Assembly (NCBI GenBank): GCA_965112735.1
Contig: OZ218950.1
Coordinates: forward strand, 3,906,001-3,970,000
From: Phaeosaccion multiseriatum
Taxonomy: Eukaryota > Protista > Ochrophyta, other classes
DNA length: 64,000 bases
Direction: 5' to 3'
The position numbers and the translations under genes are program-made. Under the pieces are notes generated by a model, which saw nothing but the letters and a program-made list of their open reading frames with translations, was not told the origin of the DNA and did no database searches. This document shows positions 15,039-28,460 of this stretch, one piece after another (position 1 is the stretch's first letter; each line of letters begins with the position of its first letter).

Positions 15039-18000
15039 CTATTGTGTCACCAACTGCTGTTGCTGCTGCTGCTGCTGCTTTGCCATCAATGCGGTCAAGA
15101 AGGCAGCCTCTCTGCTGCCGCCCCTCCCCCTCTCCCTTCCCTTTTCCCTTCCTTGCTCCTGCATCACCAACTGCTGCTGCTGCTGCACTGCCGTCTTGAG
15201 TTGCGCCAATAGGGAGGCACTGCCTTGTCGCTGCAGCAGATGAAGGCCCAGGCGGCAGCACGCACCGAGTGCCCGAGTCTTGTCCTCCTGCTGCCTCTTT
15301 CTGCCGCTGCTGCTGCTGCCGCTGCTGCTGCTCGTCATGCCCACTTCTCTGCAACACCTGCCCACCAAGCGCTGCATGCACGCGTGAGGCAGCTCCTCAG
15401 CTTGGGAGGAAGACAGCACAAAGTCCAGCGCCAGGTCCAGTGGGCCGTCCGCCAGCAAGGTCAATGGAGATAGACCAGCCTCGGCGTTCGCGCCCCCCCC
15501 TCCCCCTCCTCCTCCTCCTCCTCCTCCTCCTCCTCCTCCTCCTCCTCCTCCTCCTCCGGAGCTAGAGCTCTGGGCGTCGCACAGCAGAGGCATGAAAGCG
15601 GGCACACCTGCGAGTGAATCTCTTCGCGCGCTGTCTCTAGTGGTGGTGGCGTGTTGTTGCTGCTGCTCCTGGTCTTGCTGGTCTCCATCACCGAGGCACC
15701 GCTGCACCCAAGCTTGTACCGCGTTCGCCTTGCCTGCCGCGGCAAGCAGGTGCAGTCGGATGGTGTCAGGTCGGAGCGAGAGGTAGGTCAGTAGCCCTGC
15801 ATGCGTGCAGACCACCAACGTCCCTTCCAACACGCCAAGTACATACGAGATACCCGGAGGCAGTCTCTTTGGGCTGGGCAGGCCGGCAGGTGCAGGGCCT
15901 CTTCGGGGCGAAGGTTCAATCATGAGCGGCGTCTCTCTCTCTCCTCCCGTTGTGGTTGGTGCTACTACGGGTGCTGTGAGTCCTGACGACAAGACGGTTG
16001 TCCGCCGTTCATAATCAGATCCTTGGTGGGAGGCCAGAAGCTGCTGCTCGGTGCCTGTCGCTCGGCAAGAGACTGCACATACCTCGTCGCTTGTGCTGCA
16101 GAATGGTAACGGGGGGGGGGGGAGACAAGGAGGAGAGAGGAGAGCATGGTGTCAGATATTCCCTTCCACCCTGTTTGTAGGGTCAGGCAGACAGAGCTGT
16201 GGGAGAGAGAGAGATTGGCCTTCCTTCCTTCCTTCCTTCCTTCCTTCCTTCCTTTCTCAAGTGCCCCCGAGTATCCCGTCCTCTGCAATCACCCACCCAC
16301 CAACCAACCAACCCACGCACACACACACACGCACACACACACCTGTAGAACAGCGTTCGATGCCACCAAAGCGCGGACACACACCCACAACCCCCCATCC
16401 CCACCCCCGGGGCCGAGCCGCACCCGTCGCCGATCTCGAGGCGATGGCTGGACAGCAGCTGTAAGCGGAACTCTTCGTCGCCCCCTCCCGCCATGCCATC
16501 AACGCCTTGACTGCCCCCACCCCCACCTCCCCTTCTTCCTCCTTCTCCTGCTGCTGCTGGTGCTGCTGCCGTGCCCGCTGATGCCGAGGGTGGGCGGCAG
16601 TGCGAGTCGAGAGCAAAGACGAAGACGTGCGTGGAGGTAAAGAGCGCGCAGAGCATTCTGGACGGATCCGTTACGTCCCACTCTGCGCGAAGCGGGCACA
16701 GGGGGAGAGGGCTGCCCACTGCCACCACCAGACTGGACGGGCCTGGGGTGGTGGGGGTTGTTCGTGTCGTTGCTGCTGCTCCTCCTGCTCCTGCTCGTCC
16801 TTCTGCCTGCTGCTGCGGATCCTCTGCATACAGCTGACAACGTAAGGCGTCGCTTGCCCTGTCCACCGCCCGCAGCTCTCTTTGCCTCAAGGCTCGGAAG
16901 CGTCCCACCACAGAGAGCAAAGGCCCCCCAAACACACCCACCGCTTCCACACACACCTCCTCTGTCCCTGTACAACTCGCCTCATCCAACCGTTTCACCG
17001 TCCACCCTCTTTGGTCGCTCAGGCTCAGCCTAGTCATTACCATCACCGCCCCTTGACCCGCACTACCCCCTGCTGTTGCCGCTGCTGCTGATCCATCCCC
17101 GGCGCTTCTCCCGGGGGGCACCGAAGGCTCGTCTGGCGTGGCTGCGCTCGGAGTGACTACTGCGAAGGAGTAGAGGACGCCAAACCACGCAAAGGACAGG
17201 CATGCGCCGGAGTAAGCCAGAGTTGAGCCTGCCAAGAGATTCAAGTCTCCGCCGGTGGCTGTCGCTGCTGCTGCTGCTTTCCCCACCGCTGATACCCGAG
17301 CTGTCGCCGCCCCCTCCCTCAGCTGATAAATGGCGTAGGTTTGAGCAGCAACGGACACGACGGACAGAAAGCGACCGGAGGGATGTAAATGCAAGCTCAC
17401 GTCGCGAAAGGAGTCGGTGAGGAAAGGAGAGGGAAGCAAAGTTCCTCCTCCCCCTCCTCCTCGTCCTGCTGCTGCTGCGGCTGCCCCCGCTGCTCCTTCA
17501 CCTCCTCCTGCTGCTCCTTTCAGGCCCCTGTCCAAGTGCTCCAGCGTTTCCAGCGCCACGCTCCTCTTGGCCTTCTCCGCCCGCAACGCCTCAACACGGG
17601 GACTGCTCCTCCCTCTCGCAGACGCAGAGCCGCTTCTTCTCACGGCAGCGGGAGGAGCGGGGAGTCTCCACTGGGTCAGCTTGCCTCCACACACGCCCAA
17701 AGCGGTGGTAATCGTTGTAGTGGTGGTGGTGGTGTTGGTGGGGTTGAGGCGTGAGGTGATGGTGGTGGTGAGCGTCCCTGGCATCATCGCATAAGGCTGG
17801 GGGGAGCCCTTGCCTCTGAACACAAGCACCAAACTACCAATATTCGTCCCAACGATAAAGAGGCTCGGCTGCAAGGGATGCTGACGGACGATGTAAAGCT
17901 TAACCCGGTCCGCCGCCGCCGCCGTCGCCGCCGCCGCCGCCGTAGCAGCAGCACCACCACCACTCTCACCGCCAGCGGAAGAAGCTCCTCCGACCCCCGT

Positions 18001-18173
18001 TGTTGACTCCTGCTGTTGCTGCAGAAGGCCGTGGCTGGACGCCCCTCGTCCGACGGTCACGAAGAACTGTTCTCTCAAAAGGCCTCCCCCGTCCTCTTCC
18101 TCGCCTCCTCCTCCTTCCCATTCTATCGCTCCACTTCCTTCCCTGGAGTCCCCTCCTCCTCCTCCTCCTCCTC

Positions 18174-18208
<35 letters not shown>

Positions 18209-21097
18209 CCTCCTCCTCCTCCTCCCCCTCCTCCTACTTCCCCCGCCCCATCCACTAACGGTCCCATTTGTTGACTTGTTCGGTGCCCACTACTTAAGAG
18301 CGAGAAGACCCCTCCCGTCCCGAGGGAGCCCGAGCATGCCAGCATCGCGTCCGCAGGGGCAAACGGGTGCGAGAAACGAATGAGACTCGAGCCCGCCACT
18401 TTGGAGTTGACACTCGCCTGACTGCGGTGGGGTATTGACGCGCCGTGAGGGACTGTAGCAGGCCGGTGGGTAGAGGAGAGAGTGGAGGGAGGGAAGGAGA
18501 GAGGGAGGGAGGGAGGGAGGGAGGGAAGGAGGGAAGGAGAGAGGGAGGGAGGGAGGGAGGGAAGGAGGGAAGGAGAGAGGGAGGGAAGGAGGGAGGGAGG
18601 GAAGGAGGGAAGGAGAGAGGGAGGGAAGGAGGGAAGGAGAGAGAGAGGGAAGGAGGGAAGGAGAGAGGGAGGGAAGGAGGGAAGGAGAGAGGGAGGGAAG
18701 GAGGGAGGGAGGGAAGGAGGGAGGGAGGGAAGGAGGGAGGGAGGGAAGGAGGGAGGTAGGGAAGGAAGGAGGGAGGAGAGGGTGGGAATGAGGGTGGGAG
18801 GGAAGGAGGAAGGGAACGGGGAGGGTGGGAGAAGGCAATGAAAACGTCAGAAGGGCAAGCGAGGTTGTGTGTGGGCTGAGGTGATTCCATCATCCTGCTC
18901 CCCCCACCTCCCCTTCAGCTCGTCGATGCAGTGATTCCTGCTCTGACACAGAAACCCTGTGGGCCGTGTGTGTGTTCGCGTGCGTGTGTTTGCGTGGGTG
19001 GTGGGTGGGTGGGTGGGTGTACGCACTCGCTCACTCGCTCACTCACTTATTCACTCAATGACTCACTCACTCACTCACTCACTCACTCACTCACTCACAT
19101 ACTCTTTCACTCACTCACCCACTCACTCTTTCACACACTCACTCACTCACCGGCTCTGGCCGACCCGAGAAGGAAGTCTTTCAGATCCCAGGTGACAACG
19201 CGCCTGTTGCCCTTCATCTTCCGGCTCGACGCCAGCGCCACCACCGTGTTGGAGTAGGGGCAGTAGCTCAGGTCCACCAAAGACCCCGCCCGGATCTTTT
19301 CCAACGAGGCGGAGGCCGTGCCGGTGGGGTGGACACCGAGCGTCTGCCCTACGATGCGCATGTTCCATAGAAGGAGACTGCCGCCATCGTCCGTTACGGA
19401 GAGGAGACGCACGTGGGCTCCTTCTTCTTGCCTGCCCCCGCCCCTTCCCCCCTGCAGCAGTGCCCCCTCCTCCCCACCCTCCTCCTGTTGCTGCTGCTGT
19501 TGCTGCTGTTGCTGCTCCTCCTCGGCCGCGAAGCACCTCTCGCTCTGCCGCCGAAAAAACGGGGGGGAAGTTTTCATGGGCGGCGCGTGTGTAGTGGCAG
19601 AGCAGCAAGCAGTGAGAGAGGGAGTGAGTAGCGCACAGTGAGCAGTGAGCAGTGAGCACGAAGCGAAAAAGGAAAGCAGTAAAAGGGGCACAGGTACCAA
19701 AAACAAAGTCCCTCGAGTGGTTTGGCCGTGCGAGCTAAGAGAATGAGCGCTGGCGTGGAACTTGCAACAAACACAAAAGTGTAACGTACGTACCCAATCG
19801 GCGTGAGGGTGCGCATTGAGTAGATGCGTGACTCTCCTTCCTCCCGTCTGTAGAGATTGGACCAAGCCCCCCCCGTCGCGCCAGTCCCACACGCGCACCC
19901 CGCCATCGGAGCAGCCCACTGCCAGTAAGGACGGAGACAACACCTCCACGCACAGAGGAGAGGAGCGAGACAAGTCTTCCTTCGTAATGTGTCTGAGGGG
20001 GAAGCGAAGAGGGGTAGAGGAGGGGGGAGGGAGGTCGAGAGAGAGGGGCGGGGACTTCAGCAGAGGCAGTTCTTCACTGGGCTCCTCACAAGCAAAAAAA
20101 AACAGACAGCACCGACGATTCCCACGTGGTCCCCCACCGTAGTACTAAATCGGCTCGACATCGCTTGACTTCCGAGATCGAACGGGTTCGGGTATTCTCG
20201 ATGTGATATGGCCGTCCATGAAAACCATCCTGTATCAGAGAGCTTCTATACAAGAAAAGCATTGCTACTCGCCCCGGACGACACCCTCAAAGAGAAAGGG
20301 GGATACAATTGAGAAGAAGAGTATTGAGGGCCCGGGCTCTCTATACCCTATGCCGTTTCGGACATTAAGCCACGGGCCCATCGCCTCGCCTCAATGTCCG
20401 TGGTCGGCCCCCCGTCTCCCCGCCCCTACATCGTACCCATCCATCATTCCCATCGTTCCATCCCTTTTTCTCTCTCTCCTGTGCATACACTACACAGGAA
20501 AGAGCGCCCCCCCCACCCCCAAACCAACCTGCATTCGAGGGTGACAGGGTCGATCAGCAGCACACGTGTCTCCGCCACCACGACGATGAAGCGAGGCCTG
20601 GCCGGTGGGGTGGCAGACCGCGACAACGCGGTCTGCACCGGGTACGCCCGGGCGCCCCACCACAGCATCTGCTCATCAAACCAACGAACTCCTCTCAGCT
20701 TGCCCACTTCGCCGGCACCGTCCAACCGAGCGGCTTCATGCTGAAGCGCAGCAAGTGACGTTGCGGCTTCTCCTCGCCCTCCTGGCCCTCCTCCTCCTCC
20801 TCCTCCTCCTCCTGTTCCTCCTCCTCCACTACGTACTGCTGCTGCAAGTGCCCGAATGCGGCCCTCACGAGCCCCCCGCTGCCGTTCCAGCAGGACGTCC
20901 ACGCGAAAGCTCTTGAGCTCGCGGCTTCTGGCGTAGTCCCACACCGCCACAAGCCCGCCCTCGTCCGCCGTCACGAACCAGGGCAGAGTGGGATGCAGGT
21001 CTATAATCTTCACTTTCCCCCCGCTAGGAAAGGCGCGAGCGGAGGAAATCCAGTCCGCGGGTAGCTCCACGGCCTTTCCATCATTCGCACTCGCCAT
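15039..21097 (-). CDS. WD40 beta-propeller protein similar to the TSET/TPLATE complex subunit TTRAY2 (plant TWD40-2, Dictyostelium TstF type). Exons 21097-20529, 19992-19794, 19544-19151, 18452-16343, 16095-15039
   Basis: N-terminus ARAFPSGGKVKIIDLHPTLPWFVTADEGGLVAVWDY, then LRGVRWFDEQMLWW, FIVVVAETRVLLIDPVT..ITKEDL..SPLCVEVL..LAVGCSDGGVRVW, KLYIVRQHPLQPSLFIVGTNIG and WWHRTLFYST. The motif order matches TWD40-2 as I recall it. All junctions are in frame. Confidence 0.75.
18484..18780. repeat. (GGGA/GGAA) compound purine array in an intron
   Basis: Directly visible; it reads as pyrimidine-rich on the coding (minus) strand near the acceptor. Confidence 0.95.
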
Positions 21098-21471
21098 TAC
21101 CCTTCTCTGGAGGCAGCTCGAGCTGCTGCTCCCAGAGGAAGGGGGGGGGTGGAAAAAAAGGCGGCGCTGTTGGGTGAGCCAGTTTCAGTCTCAGTTTATA
21201 GAGAGTGGTAAAAGTAATATGTGAGGGGAGGAAAAGGAACTCGGGACCGGTCCGCGCGAGGAGAGAAAAGCACGAGAAAAGGTGAGAGATACCTAGGGAA
21301 GACCATGGACCCGCAGCAACTGAAGCACGTGTCGCTTTCCCGCTTCTCTTTGCCTTCCTCTGGACTCTTTCTTTCAAACGACTTGAGTCAATTGACAAGC
21401 AAGTTTGTGCGACAAACGCCTCCTGCTCTCCTGCGCTTGCCGTCTGCCGTAATTAACACCATTTTGCTCAC

Positions 21472-24400
21472 ATGACGAGCCAGCGGGCTGCAAAGAAATT
21501 TCTGGCCTCGCCAAGGAGGAAGAGTAACAAGAAGCAGCTTTGGTCGGCTGAGAGAACGGAGCGCCGCAGTGGAAGCGCGTCCCCGTTCTCTCTCTCTGTG
21601 CGTCTTTCTGGCCCTGGACGCAGCTTGGCCTCGGGGGAGAGCGTCATGGCTCACAGTAATGTAGGCGCTGTCAAGAGGGCCAAGTACTCCGACGCGGCTC
21701 TGGGAAACATGCTGTCCACCTGCTCCTTGGACGTCAAGCTGCCCAACATAAACACGACCCCGGCCTACGTCTTTGTAAATACGGTGGGTTAATTGGGTTA
21801 ATTGGGTGGTCTTCCGGGAAAAGCCCTTTCCTGTCTTTCTGCAAGTGTAGCCCACGCTCGCTCCCTCCTTCTCTCCCTCTCTGCCGCTGCGCTCTCTCTC
21901 CCTCTCTCGCCCTTTTGTAAAAAAATATGTATAAACAGGCGAGTGATGAGGCTGCTCTCTCTGCACCCTTCTCTTCATAGTCCTTCCAACTATTTGCATC
22001 TTGTGTCTGTATCCTCTCTGTATGCCCAACTTGTGCACTTGCCAACGTCATGCCGTCTCCTCTCCTCTCCGTCTAACACCCCTTCTCCCTCCACCGTTCC
22101 AGCCCATCTCCCTGGAGGTCCACCTGCTCGGCCCCGATGACTGTCTGCACACACTCTCCACCGACCTGGATCTCTGGTTGGAGGACGAGGTAGGCACCCG
22201 AATGGCGGCAGGGGCTCGCCTAACGCCCGCAGCGGTGGATGGGGCGGCTGGTGCTCCCGGTGGCCCTGTCTTCACCGTGCGAGGCCTGCACAAGCTCGTT
22301 GATGGAGTGGCCTCCTTCGAGGTAGGGGAGGAAGGTTGAACGACCAACACGCCAGACGGGGGCGGACGGGGGGGCTCGAGTTGACTCGGCGTCGAGCCCC
22401 GAGGGTGGAGGTACAGGTGTATGTACTGGCGCATTGATGGGGAAACCAGGCACAAGTAAGCCGTAGACCCAAAAGACCAAAGCGCCCTTGTTTTCTTCTT
22501 ACTCCTCCTCCTCCTCCTCCTCCTCCTCCTCCCCTGCCGCGCATTCCCCAGGCCATCATCCAGGACCCGAGCCTCGTCGTTGGTAATCGTGTGAAGCTCG
22601 TGCTGACGGCTCCAGGCAAGCTCGGCACTAATTTGGAGGGCACCTCGCAGCCGCTGACCATCTGCAGGGGTGAAATCACGGTGAGCCAGGGGCAAGAGGG
22701 GCGTGCGGACGCAAGGAGTTTAATTCACCCTTACCCTTACCCTTACCCACGCCGCCCCGCTTTCGATACCGCATACACTCCCTGTCCTTGTGTGGGGTGG
22801 GTTCAATCGTCCCCTCTCTTCTTTTCAGTTACTGGAGCAACCCACATCTATCTGGTACAAAGACGAAGGGGGACGAGGCAACTGCCTGTCGGTCAAAGCT
22901 AAGGTGGTAGACATCACGGCCAACAATGCGCCTCTCGCTGGGGTGCCGCTCAAGGTGGATCTTGTCTATAAGGACGGCAAGATGGTGGACAAGCAGACCA
23001 TCCTGGAGGTGAGTGGAGGTGCAGAGCAGGAGAGGGGTCAGTGTTGGCCAACTTCGAATGGAGGGGCCCACCCCAACCATGCACACTTCCTTCCTTCCTT
23101 CCTTCCTTCCTTCCTTCCTTCCTTCCTTCCTTCCTTCTGCCTCTTCGTCTTCCTCTTCCTCTTCGCCTGTGCTGTCGTTGTCTTAATCGTATGTGCGCTC
23201 TTTCCTCTCCGTGGTGCCATGACCCTCCCTTCCCCTCGCAGAAGCAGACCAAGGTTGCGCTCGTCACTGACAAAACGGGAGTTTGCTCTCTACAGTAAGT
23301 CTCCTCTCCCGTTCTCCCCCACCTCATTGTTCTCTCTGCCTCTCCTTCTCCTCCTCCTCTCTCTCACTTACTCGCACTCTCTCTCCCCCCCGTCCCCATC
23401 TCTTTCCTGTGCCTCTCCTCTCCCGCCCGCTCGCTTTCACCCCTTTTCCTTTGCCGACTGCCGATGCTCTATGGCTTCGCCTCACCTCACTCCTCTCCTC
23501 GGCTCGCCTCACCCTGTCGAACGATATGCCCGGCCCTACTCGCTAACCCATACACACACTCCTCTCTCCCCTCTCCCCTCTCCCCTCAGGTTTCGCATCC
23601 TCGAGGTGTCTCAACGCCATCAAGGCCAGGACTTTGCCGTCCGCTTTACGTGCGACACTCGCAAAAACCCCACCGCCAACGACATTGCCCCCGCTGTGTC
23701 TTCGGCCATCTCGGTGCTCAGCAAGAGAAAGAAGGTGAGGTTTGTTTTGTCCGAAAAGAGCGAGCACGGTGCTGAGGGAAAACGGGAACTGGCGGGAGGG
23801 AGGGAGAGGGAGAGAGAGAGGGAGAGGGAGAGGGTGAGAGAGAGAGAGAGAGAGAGAGACGCAGACGGAGGGAGAGAGAGAGAGAGAGAGAGAGGGAGAG
23901 AAGGGAGTCTGGAGGCAGGGAGAGTCTACGCCTTACCTTGATTCGTTCAGGGAAAATTGAGTGCAGACAGTAGGTCCTCCCCGGAAAATCCCATATGCCT
24001 GTGCAAACCTGCCTACCTGCCCATATGCCTGCCCGCCAATCTCAGAGAGTGAAGCAGCGAGAGGTCCAGCAGCAGCAGCAGCGGCAGCAGCAGCAGCAGC
24101 AGCAGGCGAGGTCTGGAACAAGCTCCGTGGAGGCGATGCAGGCCGTGCAAGCCGTGGCATCCCATGCGTCTGCGCGATCCTCCCCTCGGATACCCATACC
24201 TGCGCCGGTCGTCTCCCATTTGGCCTCCTCCTCCTCGTCCTCCACCTCCTCCTCGGCCTTGGGGGCGGCCTCGTACCCATCCCCCACACTACACTCCACC
24301 AATTCCGCCTCCAACATTCTCAAGAACATGCGCGGACAGGGCGACCCATTAGGTGAGTTGAGGGAGCGAGGGAGGGAGCGAGGGAGGGAGGGAGGGAGGG

Positions 24401-24544
24401 AGGGAGGGAGGGAGGGAGGGAGGGTGGGAGGGAGGGAGGCAAGAGAAGAAGGAGGGGAAGGGGAGGGAGGCCAGCAGGAGATGGGGTGGGACAGTCAGGG
24501 CGGTCCATGCCTTGTGAGAGGTGTATCAAAAGAATCACACCGTA

Positions 24545-24602
<58 letters not shown>

Positions 24603-27600
24603 GATGAATTGAAACATGTCGCTTACCCATCCTCCATGTCCTTTCGTCGCGTCTTTCCGTTTCTTTGCTTCTGTCGTTCTCTCCCCATTTCTTCTCGCTC
24701 CCATCCCTCCCTCCCTCCCTCGCTCGCCCCCTCCCTCCCCCCCTCCCAGGTCTCCAACTCAACCCTCGGCAGTCAGCCCTAGGGGGCACGTCTGTCATTG
24801 GAGCATGGCGTCAGATCCAAGTACGTTAGTTGCGGTGTCGCCTCACCCCCTCCTTACCCCCCTCTCTGTGTCTGCTTCTTTCTGGCAGTCTCTCCCCCGC
24901 CCCCCCCCTCCCTCTCTCTCTTAGCATCCTGGTGCACGTTCGTCTGCATCCACTCCCCTCCTCTCCCCTCCTCTTCTCTCCTCCCCTCTCCTCTCCTCTC
25001 CTCTCCTCTTCCCTTCTCTCTGGTTCCTCTCCCCTCCCCTCCCCCCCCTCTCCTCTCCTCTCCTCTCCTCTCCTCTCCTCTCCTCCCCTCTTCTCTCCTC
25101 TCCCATCCTCTTCTCCTCTCCCCTCTCATCTCCTACCCTCGCAGGACTGGAGTAACGACTTGCTCCTACTGTTGAACGACACTCTTCAGTGGCAGCCCTA
25201 CGGCTTTGGGGTGCGTTATAAGTCACACGTTTCGCACGACACTCTGTCCTCCTCGTCCTCGGCCCTGTTGGCTAATGGACCCCCACCTGACACCTGACAG
25301 CACAGTGCCTTGCGGCTTAGATGCCCACTCACATACTTCCTCACTGACTTACTGCCTCATGGACCACCGGGTGTCGCTCCTCCGTGCTTATTTCGTCTGT
25401 TCTGACCCCCCCCCCCCCAAATCGATGATGTGTCTTTTCTATCGTCAGCTCGACGTGAACGGCCAGATGGATCCTTCGAACCCCTTGTTCCGCTGCCCCT
25501 GCTGCCGTGTGTGCAAAGATCGGAACACCATCGCCGCACACGGAGAGGGGTGCAAATTACGTGATGTCCTGGACACCTACAGCAGGTAGTAGTGTGTGTG
25601 TGTGTGTCTAACGAAAGTAGCCAGGGAAGGTATAGGGAGGGTATGTTCTTCGTTAACGGGGATTGGGGGGGTATGTTCTTCATTAATGGGGAGGGAACAG
25701 GTATAGGGAGGGTATGAAGCTGAAGGAGGAGACGAGGGGTATGGGTATGAAAAGTCTGGCCCTTTACCCCCCTCCCCCTCGTCTCTAGTGCTTACCATGT
25801 CTTTGTCTAAACAAGTGCTGTGGCCTGCGCCCCCCCCCTCCCGCCCCCCCCCCTTTCCCCTCAGACGTATTGAGGGGTGCTGCGAAATTGTAGAGACGCA
25901 TGTGTGCGCGACCGCAGGCCCGTCCTCCCCTGAGCCCAGCTTCTCCCTCCTGGGAGCATCCGCAGGAACAGGAGGAGGAGGAGGAGGAGGAGGAGGTGGA
26001 GACATGAACGATCGCTCCCTTTCCTTCGGCACTCGGGGGGGGGGGGGGCTTTTGCTGAGGCCAGGACAGCTTCCCGGGCCATGTAAGTTGCAGGCCATGA
26101 TTGGGGGAGGAGGAGGGGGATGGGAGGGGGAGGGGGAGGGGGAGGGGGAGGGGGAAGGGGGGGGGCTGCTGGTGCGATGCGAATGACAGGGTGTGCGGAG
26201 AAGGAGACAAGACATAGACCAGACAGGACAGTCGCTCATCCTGTTCATCTCCGTCCCTCTCTCTCTCTCAGTGGAGCCTATGCGTACGAACAGCCTGGCG
26301 CCCTTTATGCCAGAGATGTCCGTGGTTTCGGGTAGTGAGGAGAGCGTGTACTTCATTCTTCTGCGCCGTCCAAGAGGAGGAAGCTCTGCCAACGGTGGTG
26401 AGTGCTGAGGCACTCGTCACGCTCGCCCCTCTATGTTTTGCTTCTCAAGTCCGCATTTTACACCCTTCTGCCCCCCTCATCTTGGTGGTTCATTGTTGCC
26501 TCCCCTTCTCTCATTTAAGTCTCTCTCTCTCCATTGTGCACCCACAACCCCCCCCCCCCCGCCCCGGCTCTTTTATGTGTGTGTGTGTGTAGGGAGTGGT
26601 GGCAGCAGGAGAAAGGGACGGAGTGAACAGCGCACGAGAAATCATGACGAAAGAGGAAGGCAGGAACAAGGAAGAGACACCGCAGAGAAGGAGGGAGCGG
26701 GGGAGGAGGAGGAGGAGGAGGCAAAGACACAGCAGGACGATGAGGAGGAGGAGGAGGAGAAGAAGAAGAAGAAGAAAGGAGAGGAGAACGGCGGCGAAGC
26801 CGTCAGAAAAGAGAAGGAGGCGAGCAAAGATACCGCCAGTTTCAAGGACGTGGCGGCGTTCTCGGAACAGAAGACGCTGCTGGGCTTCTACGAGCAAAAG
26901 AGCGAGACCATGGAGTTCACCAATGACGCGCTCTCGCAGATACAACTCACCTTCGCCCAAGCCTCGCCCGAGGAAATGCAGTCACAGACCATCTTGGTAA
27001 GTCACCTTGTTGCGCTTCCTTCCTTCCTTCCTTCCTTCCTTCCTTCCTTCCTTCCTTCCTTCCTTCCTTCCTTCCTTCCTTCCTTCCTTCCTTCCTTCCT
27101 TCCTTCCTTCCTTCCTTCCTTCCTTCCTTTCTTCCTTCCTTCGTTCCTGCCTTCCTACCTCCCCTTCTAACTGTCTTGTTCCCTGGTGTGTCGGTGTCGT
27201 CTTCCCCTTCCCCTTGTTCACAAGGTCGAGGAGCTGGACAGCGCCCTTGCCGAGGAGAAGGAGGGGAAGGATGGAAGGGCCAAGGTGAGTGGTGTGTGAT
27301 GTGTGTGTGTGATTGTGGGATTGTGAGACACGCCTCTGCAAGAGAAGAAAAGCTTGTGTGGTATGGAACAAGAAGCTCACGCACCAGGCGAGGGTGAGGG
27401 CTCCTTTCTGAGGACTGTGCGTCTGCCTACGTAACGTCCGTAACGTCCGTCCGGCGGCGCCCCCCCCCTCCCAACGCGCACCCCCCCCCTGACGTGGCCC
27501 CTTCTTCTGTGTCCATTCCGTTTCCTCACCCCTCCCCTTCCCTCCCCTCCCCTCCCCTCGCCCCAACCCGCCCCCCCGGGGCTGCACCCATCGTTCCAAA

Positions 27601-27789
27601 AAGATGGTATTCTCCCTCTCCACATACGGGGGCAGCCTCCCTCGGCTGAAGGAGGCGATGTACGAGGAGAAGACCACCCATGTGACTCTGGACCTCTCCC
27701 GCTCGCTCGACCTCTCGCGCACCTTCTCCGTCGGCGGGTTGGGGGCGGGTGCGATGGCAATGGATGCCCCGCCGATGCCACGATCCTAG
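21472..27789 (+). CDS. Multi-exon unknown protein with a 'WYKDEGG...FRILEVSQRHQGQDF...VLSKR' domain (putative CudA/STAT-like Ig-fold DNA-binding domain) and a CxxC..H..C motif; about 14 exons
   Basis: In-frame GT-AG joins across exons ending or starting at 21783/22103-22321/22551-22680/22829-23008/~23240-23294/23590-23734/24045-24352/24750-24820/25145-25210/25449-25584/...27225-27283/27604-27789. Basic KRKK and poly-Q follow the domain. Start is 21472 or ~21646. Confidence 0.65.
24546..24602. repeat. (CAT)n intronic microsatellite
   Basis: Directly visible; it explains the spurious poly-M, poly-I and poly-D ORFs. Confidence 0.95.
27016..27155. repeat. (CCTT)n intronic microsatellite
   Basis: Directly visible. 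Confidence 0.95.
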
Positions 27790-28421
27790 CACGGGACCGC
27801 CGCGAGTGGAGGGCGTAAACGATCACGGCAACAATCACGGCGACGCCATGGCGCGTAGTGCATACGTATATTGTCAGAATGCACTGCACTGTATTCATGG
27901 TGAGCGTGATGGGCGGAGCGTTGATTGATAGCATAGCTGCTCTGTTATAACAGAGAGGAGCTGAGTCCTCAGTCACCCCCGTACACACGACATTCTTCCA
28001 TACGAAGAGGTTCAATTTCATTTCCCTTAAAACTAAGTTTGCTATTTAACTCATTTTACTGATATTGATGGCGCCAGCGATGAAACGATGAAGGCCGCTC
28101 CGTGCTCGGCCCTTTCTCTTCTCTCCTCGCCTACCGCTAATTGGAGGTGGAGAAGAAACAGGGGAAGGAGGGTAGGGAGCGCCACACGACTGACGGCCAC
28201 TCCACTGCCACACGGCCACACGGCCACACGGCCACACGGCCACACAACTGGTTCAAACCTTCAAACCGGTTGCGGCCTGTCCCAAGAGAGAGAGAGTGTG
28301 TGTGTGTGGTGTGCGTGGGGTGCCCATTCGGCTCCTCTTCCACTGAGTGCCAATGGGCTCGGGCTGAAGAGCTGCCCCCCCCCGCGCAGCAGTCCCACAC
28401 ATGCATGTGGTGCCGCCCAAG

Positions 28422-28460
<39 letters not shown>

